From contig MKUN01000042.1 of the NCBI GenBank assembly GCA_001897835.1, forward strand, positions 447 through 64,446: a DNA stretch of 64,000 nucleotides, written 5' to 3'. The stretch comes from Bacteroidetes bacterium 46-16. GTDB taxonomy: Bacteria; Bacteroidota; Bacteroidia; Chitinophagales; Chitinophagaceae. The notes beneath the pieces are model-generated. The model made no database searches, was not told where the DNA came from, and saw nothing but the letters and a program-made list of their open reading frames with translations. The position numbers and the translations under genes are program-made. Of this stretch, positions 18,351 through 24,820 are shown piece by piece (position 1 is the first letter of the stretch; the number at the start of each line of letters is the position of its first letter).

Positions 18351-18381
18351 AGCACGTACGGGAGTCGAACCCATACGTACT
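18351..18381 (-). ncRNA. tRNA-like acceptor/T-arm minihelix (or relic of a tRNA 3' end)
   Basis: The minus strand reads AGTACGTATGGG-TTCGACT-CCCGTACGTGCT. This is a 12-bp helix (2 G-U pairs) closed by a canonical T-loop (GG TTCGACT CC), followed by A. On the plus strand the G-U pairs become A-C mismatches, so the fold is strand-specific. Confidence 0.4.
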
Positions 18382-18551
18382 CCAGGGATTACGGCCCCAC
18401 GATGCGGGATGCAGGATTTACAGTGATGTCAAAGAACTTGCCCGGTACTAAAAAAGTACTGAACTACGCACCGCCGCCACTAAAAAAGCTAAGGCGGTTG
18501 TCAAATATACACCCGTTAACAAGCGGAATCCAAATGAGATATCCACATTTG

Positions 18552-18896
18552 TTAAATCGGAATGGAATAATAACTTGAGATATCCAGGGATATTTTTGAA
18601 ACTCTGAAATTAATACAATGATCTTTAATGCTGGCGACCCATCTATATCTACCTTTATGTCCATACATATATCTTGCCTGAAAGGCGCCCCGAACATGTG
18701 CAAACGGCACAATGTAATAGTCTGAGAATGTGTCCTTATCACCAAATATAATTATATTAAAATCGTCGCCATTGGCTTTTCTATATAATTCAATTTTGCT
18801 TTTAGCAAACCCTACCCAATATCCAGTAGAGATATCTGCCTTTAAAACATAATTTGAAAGACTTAAATTAAGACGATTAGCTAAGATTTTGTTCAT
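18552..18896 (-). CDS. Hypothetical 114-aa protein, last gene of the island operon
   Basis: ATG start lies 11 nt after the upstream stop. Same strand and composition as the operon. No recognisable motifs. Confidence 0.5.
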   Translation of the reverse strand: MNKILANRLNLSLSNYVLKADISTGYWVGFAKSKIELYRKANGDDFNIIIFGDKDTFSDYYIVPFAHVRGAFQARYMYGHKGRYRWVASIKDHCINFRVSKISLDISSYYSIPI

Positions 18897-18907
18897 AGTT
18901 TATGCTA

Positions 18908-19690
18908 TTATAAAAGTGGGATGATGGCCAATAAATAACCTATTAACAAACCAAGAAACATTGTCAGAGGATGGCTTATTATCTCTATAAAAATTGCATA
19001 CCTGTTTTTGTTCTTTACCCTTAGCTTTTTTACGCTTAAAAGCTTTACTGCTTTACATATAAAATCAGTTTTGCAATCCAACGAATTCAGAACAGCCGAA
19101 TAATTTTTATTCTCAAATTCTAAACCTTCATATTCCAGTGACAAATACTGTCGATCTAAAACAGCTCCGTTATTATACGCAATAAGACTTCTAAGTTTGT
19201 CTGGGCCGTCTATGTATTCTTCACCATACATCCCTTCTAATACTAACGCTAAATTAACCTTATTTCTCATAGGTATTTCCTCATATCGTTCCTTACTCAA
19301 ACCAGCAAAAATTTTCTCGAACCTATGTTTTATAGCTTCAAATCCAAAATGAATATTTTTCATATCCCAGTGCACCCAAACATCATCGTCGTGTCTCTTT
19401 ACAAATTCATTGAATGCTTTCAAAGTCATAAACTCAAGATCACGATAAGAATTTTCAATTTCTTCTATAGGTATATTCGCTTTGTCTGCTTCTAGATGTA
19501 CTGCAAAATGACGTTCAAAACTGCCATCTAATGATTTTATAACGATAGCTGATACCAAAGGTGAAATTTCCCCGTATTCATCATCATATGTACGTAGTTG
19601 AGAATAATGTACAATTAGAACCTTAGATGGATCTATAATCAGCCTCTTAAGCTTTCTTATTGCTAAATTTCTGGTTCTTATAACTCCCAC
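18908..19690 (-). CDS. Hypothetical 260-aa protein with a C-terminal transmembrane anchor
   Basis: The GTG start shares one base with the helicase stop (TAGTG). The soluble body has no motifs I recognise. The last ~25 aa (PLTMFLGLLIGYLLAIIPLL) are a hydrophobic helix. Confidence 0.55.
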   Translation of the reverse strand: MGVIRTRNLAIRKLKRLIIDPSKVLIVHYSQLRTYDDEYGEISPLVSAIVIKSLDGSFERHFAVHLEADKANIPIEEIENSYRDLEFMTLKAFNEFVKRHDDDVWVHWDMKNIHFGFEAIKHRFEKIFAGLSKERYEEIPMRNKVNLALVLEGMYGEEYIDGPDKLRSLIAYNNGAVLDRQYLSLEYEGLEFENKNYSAVLNSLDCKTDFICKAVKLLSVKKLRVKNKNRYAIFIEIISHPLTMFLGLLIGYLLAIIPLL

Positions 19691-22521
19691 TACCTAATGC
19701 ATTTTGAGTTATACTTAAGTCTATAATAGCATAATCGATTTTCATAACAGGAATCACATTTTTCCTTATCTTCCACCTTTGTAAAATCTTCATCTCTAAT
19801 TTTTTCAACAGCAGATTTAATCTTGTCCTCAATTTCGTTTAAATCAGAATCTAGTAATTTTTCAGGAGTTTTGGGATTGTTTTCTCCAATTATATATGTC
19901 ATGATATAATCAGCTCTCTGACCCGTAAGTTCTCTATGTCCAAGAGCATATAATTTTAGCTGATCTTTGGTTACCCGAGTTACTATAGGCTTGTCTTCAC
20001 TTTTAAATTCAACGATTGTTGTCTCAAACTTCCCAGACTCATTTCTTTTTTTTATTAAATCAATTCTTCCAAGCACTAAAATATTTTCATCGAGTTTATA
20101 CTGTATATCCTGTTCAACGAATTCAATATTATCAAAATCATCCTTATTGTCTTCATAATAATCAACGACATTGTTTCTTACTTTTCGCCAGAGTGGTCGC
20201 TTTAGTTTCGTTGACTTTGTGAGATAAGGAAAATTTGTCTGTCTTTCAACTAACCTGATGAGATCCTTTGTATTAAGTTCCTCCTGTTTTTGCGCCCTTT
20301 TATGAATTTCCATAAGCGCATTGTGGAAAGATCTACCAACTCCCATTCTTTGATTAAGTGGAAATTTGAAACCATACATCGAAACCAATTTAAACCTATA
20401 TGGACAATCGAAAAAGTCTTTTAGCGTCGTAAAATCTAGTGAAATATTTTTTATTTTTTCCTTAGGCTTTGAATCAATTTTAAGCTGTGACGAAAAATCT
20501 TCTTTTTTATCTTGAACCAAAACGTTGGCACGTCTTAGTTCTCCTGCAAATTGAGACTCTACTCTATAAAGTCGGTTATCAAGATCTGGAGCTCTGGAAA
20601 GCAAAAGATACTTCTGACTTCTAGTTATTGCTACATACAACAAACGTCTTTCGTCTTCTTTATCATCATTACCTTCATATCTTGGTTGCTCACTAATTAA
20701 TGCCCGATCTAAAAAATGCCACTCATTCAACCCACCTTTCTTTTTTGAGGGTAGATAATTTTTATTTAGGCCTGGTATAATAACAACCGGGAACTCCAAT
20801 CCCTTTGCCTGATGTATTGTCATAATTTGCACTGCGTTCGGCGTTTTATAAGGATTATTAAGCCAACCTTGTGGATAGTAATCTCGCGCCGCGTAAGTAA
20901 TGAAGCTTAAAAAAGAAAATAAATGCCTGGCTGGAGAAACACTATTGAAATTTATTTCCTCAAAATCATTTATTACCTGACTGAATTTGCCAAGATTAAA
21001 GAAAATAATTTCTGCTTTCTCTCTGCTTTTTTTAAGTATCTCCGAATTAGAATCATCAATAAAATTATCTTCATAAATCTCCCCATCAACAATAAATTCC
21101 CATAGGATATCTTGTAAAGAATATTCCCAATTATCTCTTACAGTATTTAAATCTGGCTTTCGTTTGCTTAAATTATCTACAGCCATCTTTAATTTCTTTA
21201 CATCAAGCCGATTGTTTGGTAGTTTCGTCCAAAGCTTTATTAACTCATCTGCCTCAATATCTCCATACAAAAAGTAATAAATGCCTAATGCCCCTTCTAC
21301 CTCTGGCGTCTCAAAAAGCTGATTTACACCAGCAGTTATATAGGGGATATTATGTTTATCCAATTCTTCAACAATTGTCTCAGCCTTGCTCCATGTACGT
21401 AATAATATTGCAATATCAGAGTATGCTAATCCACGTTTTTTCTCTTCTCGATCAGAAAATTCGACACCGATAATGTTTTCAATGTATTCTGCGATAGCTT
21501 CATTTTCTTCTGAAACACTATCGTATTCATTGAATAATAAATCCTGTCCTTTTGCAAACGATTGCCTATGGTCTGAAACCATACTCTTATTCCTAATCCT
21601 ATCAATATTGTTGGCAATTAGAGTTTCTGCCAATCTAGTTATACCTTCTGAACTCCTATAATTAATACCAAGCGGAATATTTTTGAACTCTGCCTCATTA
21701 AATTTCTTATCAAAGTTGATTATGTATTTATTATTGCTACCTCTCCATTGATATATATTTTGATCATCATCCCCAACTACAACTACATTACAACCACTAA
21801 TTTCATGCAGCTTGTTTATCAATTTTTCCTGAATTGGATTTACATCTTGATACTCATCAACAATCAAATACTTTAAACTCTGTTCAATTTTCTTTGTTAA
21901 ATTGCTATCAGGTTTTAAAGATTCAATTGCCCGATCCATTATCATAGAAAAATCGAAGAATTTTTTACTAAGCAAAGTTTGTTCGTACTTTTTCTTGGCA
22001 CTCTTTATATTTTCAGGAAGCTCATTCTCTAAATCTGACTCTCGGACAATGTCCATTATCCTTGCGAATATGGACGTATCAATAAATCGGCGAAGTGGCA
22101 CTGCAGGATTACTTAATTTAGCAATGTCTTTCATACCAATGCGCTCATAATACTTATCTATAAAGAGCTTTAATTTTATTTCATCCAAAACTGAAAAACT
22201 CTGATACTCATAAATATTATCTTGTAACGCTTTTAAACACCAGCCATGTATCGTGCCAATATACATGTTAGCCATTCCTGTATAGTGACCTGAGGCATTT
22301 AATATTTTATTTTTTAGCTCTGCCGCCGCCTTATCAGTATATGTAAAAGCAATAATGTTCTCTGGTTTTAGATCATAGCCATTTGCAGGATCAAGCAAAT
22401 AGGCGACCTTCCCCGCTATAGTGGTGGTTTTTCCAGATCCTGCACAAGCAATAATCCTTAGATGCTTATCATTTATAGATATGGCCTCCTGCTGTTTGGG
22501 AGATAGTTCATCGAATTGCAT
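19690..22521 (-). CDS. UvrD/PcrA-type SF1 helicase fused to a C-terminal Cas4/AddB-like PD-(D/E)XK nuclease with Cys4 cluster
   Basis: Helicase motifs: AGSGKTTT (Walker A), LIVDEYQDVNP, VVVGDDDQNIYQWRG, INYRS, IHQAKGLEFPVV, LLYVAITRSQ. Nuclease motifs: FFDCPYRF, GRIDLI, IVEFKS, QLKLYALG, CDSCYENRLC. Confidence 0.85.
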   Translation of the reverse strand: MQFDELSPKQQEAISINDKHLRIIACAGSGKTTTIAGKVAYLLDPANGYDLKPENIIAFTYTDKAAAELKNKILNASGHYTGMANMYIGTIHGWCLKALQDNIYEYQSFSVLDEIKLKLFIDKYYERIGMKDIAKLSNPAVPLRRFIDTSIFARIMDIVRESDLENELPENIKSAKKKYEQTLLSKKFFDFSMIMDRAIESLKPDSNLTKKIEQSLKYLIVDEYQDVNPIQEKLINKLHEISGCNVVVVGDDDQNIYQWRGSNNKYIINFDKKFNEAEFKNIPLGINYRSSEGITRLAETLIANNIDRIRNKSMVSDHRQSFAKGQDLLFNEYDSVSEENEAIAEYIENIIGVEFSDREEKKRGLAYSDIAILLRTWSKAETIVEELDKHNIPYITAGVNQLFETPEVEGALGIYYFLYGDIEADELIKLWTKLPNNRLDVKKLKMAVDNLSKRKPDLNTVRDNWEYSLQDILWEFIVDGEIYEDNFIDDSNSEILKKSREKAEIIFFNLGKFSQVINDFEEINFNSVSPARHLFSFLSFITYAARDYYPQGWLNNPYKTPNAVQIMTIHQAKGLEFPVVIIPGLNKNYLPSKKKGGLNEWHFLDRALISEQPRYEGNDDKEDERRLLYVAITRSQKYLLLSRAPDLDNRLYRVESQFAGELRRANVLVQDKKEDFSSQLKIDSKPKEKIKNISLDFTTLKDFFDCPYRFKLVSMYGFKFPLNQRMGVGRSFHNALMEIHKRAQKQEELNTKDLIRLVERQTNFPYLTKSTKLKRPLWRKVRNNVVDYYEDNKDDFDNIEFVEQDIQYKLDENILVLGRIDLIKKRNESGKFETTIVEFKSEDKPIVTRVTKDQLKLYALGHRELTGQRADYIMTYIIGENNPKTPEKLLDSDLNEIEDKIKSAVEKIRDEDFTKVEDKEKCDSCYENRLCYYRLKYNSKCIR

Positions 22522-22523
22522 TT

Positions 22524-23783
22524 CTATGCTTTTTTCATAATTACTATGTATTCTTTATTCATTAGAGTTGATGCTTTGCCGGCGATACCTGTAGGACTGT
22601 TTTTTCGCGGCATTCTCTTACTTGAAATTTTTCTTGTAAACGTTTGCACATGCCTGAAGCCATTTTCCTCAAAAAAATGCTTGGTTATTAAATCCGTTTT
22701 AAGTGTAACACCTTGAACACATCTATTACTAACTACATAACACGCGTGACCATTCTTTTTTACTATCCTGGAGATATTAGCAATAGAATCGTAGTAGTCT
22801 TTATAAAACGAATAAACTTCTAAAGCTCTTTTTTGACTCCTTGCTTTTATTTCAGCTATTTGCCCATTTAATGTTCTTGAACAATCAAATCTCTCTATCG
22901 CTTCGTGCTTTTTACCTCCCATCAAGTTGCGGTCTATTGCTTGAGAATTACTATAACTCAACCATTCATTAGCCAGCCTTGAAAATTGTCCATACGCAAC
23001 AGTGGTTTGAGAATCGCCATACGGCGGAGATGTTACTACCAAATTTACACTCCTATTAGGTACTATTTCCAACGGAATGCCACTAACAGTATTAAAATCA
23101 TATACATGGCTAATTGATGGTTGCCTTTTTTGGTTCATAAAATCCAATAAAGCGAATCGATTTGATTTCAAAACTTGCTCAATATGTGCAAAGACATTAG
23201 GTTTGAACGTTTTAACCTTTTCGCTGTCCATCTTGTACAACTTAAATTCATTTTTTCTGGTCCAGGAACAATCCCGTATAGTTTGACTAAACGCCACGTT
23301 AAAGAAGTTCCTCACAGATTCAGATTCAAGCGTATCAATGTAGGCTTTAATAATAGCTAAGTCCTGTTTAACACTTTTTGAAAACCAAAAATCAATATTT
23401 GAAAAATGAGGTATATCAATCTCGTCTATTATAGGAATGGAATCATTTTTACTAAATCCCATCCGAAATTGAAAAAGATGGTCATAAAAATCTTTGAGAT
23501 ATAAATCCAATGTCTTTTGCTCTATAACCGTTGTCTTAGCACTTGCCAATATTCTTGCCAAAGGATTTAGATCCGTACCAATGGCATCTATTCCCCTAAC
23601 ATTTGCCTCAACCAGAGATGTCCCAGTTCCACAATAAGGGTCAAAAAGGAAATTGCTCTTCTTACTCTTAAAAGAATCAATCAATCTACTTGCCACTTGT
23701 GGTATCATCATTGCAGGATACATGTGAAATCCATGTGTCAATGTCTTTGTATTTTCTTCAGTAAAATCCCAGCTATTTGCCAT
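22524..23783 (-). CDS. DNA methyltransferase, N4-C/N6-A type (PF01555-like) with AdoMet motif before catalytic SPPY
   Basis: HMYPAMMIPQVASRLI...FDPYCGTGTSLVEA (motif I region) lies near residue 50. VTSPPYGD (motif IV) lies near residue 250. Its stop is 2 nt from the helicase ATG. Confidence 0.8.
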   Translation of the reverse strand: MANSWDFTEENTKTLTHGFHMYPAMMIPQVASRLIDSFKSKKSNFLFDPYCGTGTSLVEANVRGIDAIGTDLNPLARILASAKTTVIEQKTLDLYLKDFYDHLFQFRMGFSKNDSIPIIDEIDIPHFSNIDFWFSKSVKQDLAIIKAYIDTLESESVRNFFNVAFSQTIRDCSWTRKNEFKLYKMDSEKVKTFKPNVFAHIEQVLKSNRFALLDFMNQKRQPSISHVYDFNTVSGIPLEIVPNRSVNLVVTSPPYGDSQTTVAYGQFSRLANEWLSYSNSQAIDRNLMGGKKHEAIERFDCSRTLNGQIAEIKARSQKRALEVYSFYKDYYDSIANISRIVKKNGHACYVVSNRCVQGVTLKTDLITKHFFEENGFRHVQTFTRKISSKRMPRKNSPTGIAGKASTLMNKEYIVIMKKA

Positions 23784-23833
23784 AGAACAAGTGAGTTATT
23801 GAACGAATTTATTGATTATTATCTGGTGATGGT

Positions 23834-23849
23834 AGCGTGTTTTCACGCT
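23834..23849. promoter_or_regulatory. Palindrome AGCGTG-TTTT-CACGCT in the operon upstream region
   Basis: 6-bp arms, about 50 nt upstream of the methyltransferase ATG. Its function is unknown. Confidence 0.25.
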
Positions 23850-23998
23850 TGATTTTCTCGTTTTTTTTATTAATGGAATACAAAAAACGGTGAAATCGTG
23901 CGAAAGAAATACTGTTTTTCTAAAATGTGGATATTTTTATCTTATGTAAGTACTGTTTAGAAAAAGCTTTGATTGAGCTGAGCCAGTAGTTCTCAGGA

Positions 23999-24051
23999 GA
24001 TCATTCGTCGCGCAGTCAGCACGCAAGGGCTATAGCGCTCCTCATGATGAC
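23999..24051 (-). repeat. REP-like intergenic element, copy X
   Basis: The reverse complement GTCATCATGAGGAGCGCTATAGCCCTTGCGTGCTGACTGCGCGACGAATGATC aligns by eye with copy A (17404-17455). Confidence 0.35.
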
Positions 24052-24095
24052 GGCCTTGATCGTGCGTTTAACCCTTCCGTCCTTAGGACGCCTCC

Positions 24096-24140
24096 AGATT
24101 GCTTCCCCGATAGGAATAGGGACAGGCGTACCTCGCGAAG
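24096..24140 (-). repeat. REP-like intergenic element, shorter copy B
   Basis: The reverse complement CTTCGCGAGG...GGAAGCAATCT shares both termini with copy A. Confidence 0.3.
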
Positions 24141-24229
24141 ACGCACAGAGGCCATGTTTCTACATCCCCCTGGCCCCCTTCGCAGGCGCACATGCCATCG
24201 CGCAAGGGGGAAAAGCTGCACGCTGCTAC

Positions 24230-24820
24230 TTAATTAGGCACTTCGCCTTTATCCACCAGCATAGTGCCTTTTTGATTGAGGATGCGGTACCAGGAGAAGT
24301 CCTGGTTGGCTTCGAGGCCGTCGCCGTACATTACGAGTGTGGGGGTGGTGATCTTCACGAATTTCTCGGTAAAGAACTTCTGTATGCTCTGGTTCCATAC
24401 CAGCTCTTCGGTATTGAGGGTCTCCCCTTTCTTATTCACCACCACTATATTGTCGCGGATGAGGAAATTGCCCTGCTTCTCGTAATAGCGGGCATAGTTG
24501 GCGGTGAGGGTGCTTTCCACCTGCATGCTGTCGTTATACACCTCGGCCTTTATGCCCTTCTTCATGTCCATATAGGGGGGCTTTGCGGCATCGTTGCTGA
24601 TGTATTCGGTGGCGTATATACGGGCCTTCACCTTGCCATGCTCGCTGTATATGAGGGTAATATCCTCGGCACGGTCGACCTGGTAAAGGCTCTTGCCGGT
24701 GAGGGCGGATATCTCCTTAGGATCGTTCTTGCAGGCGGCGAGGAGCAGCAAAAACAAAAGGGCCTCCCGCCCAAAGCGGAACCGATGGCGGTCTGTGCGG
24801 CATTGCTGCCATTTAATCAT
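24230..24820 (-). CDS. lptC: LPS export periplasmic protein LptC (OstA-like fold)
   Basis: Lipoprotein-like signal (LLLLLAAC) and a beta-jellyroll LptC-type sequence. Conserved coaX-OMP-lptC context. Confidence 0.65.
   Translation of the reverse strand: MIKWQQCRTDRHRFRFGREALLFLLLLAACKNDPKEISALTGKSLYQVDRAEDITLIYSEHGKVKARIYATEYISNDAAKPPYMDMKKGIKAEVYNDSMQVESTLTANYARYYEKQGNFLIRDNIVVVNKKGETLNTEELVWNQSIQKFFTEKFVKITTPTLVMYGDGLEANQDFSWYRILNQKGTMLVDKGEVPN

Larger units (their letters stand above)
18044..23998. other. AT-rich genomic island without recombinase, carrying the candidate defence operon
   Basis: There is an abrupt by-eye composition drop after the nlpC/P60 stop and a rise again near 23.99 kb. 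The content is unrelated to the flanking envelope genes. The boundaries are approximate. Confidence 0.6.

Noticed and set aside
18349-18475. Attempt to fold the whole stretch as one intact tRNA, tRNA-Sec or tmRNA gene
   Set aside because: The only 5' segment able to pair with the 3' acceptor strand needs three G-U pairs and lies ~122 nt away. No D stem or anticodon stem can be formed. The acceptor does not resemble the tmRNA GGGG.../...CCACCA ends. It is reported only as tRNA-derived fragments.
18464-18745. 93-aa minus-strand ORF overlapping the 114-aa gene in another frame
   Set aside because: It overlaps the better-placed ORF 18552..18896, which has an ATG 11 nt after the upstream stop. 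It would also extend into the non-coding tRNA-like region.
18068-23915. Possible flanking direct repeat of the island (18068-18105 versus 23873-23915, GGAATA..CAAAA..CGG..TGAA..GAAAGA)
   Set aside because: It needs several gaps and lies in AT-rich, low-complexity sequence. By eye it is indistinguishable from chance, so it is mentioned only as something to test with a dot-plot.
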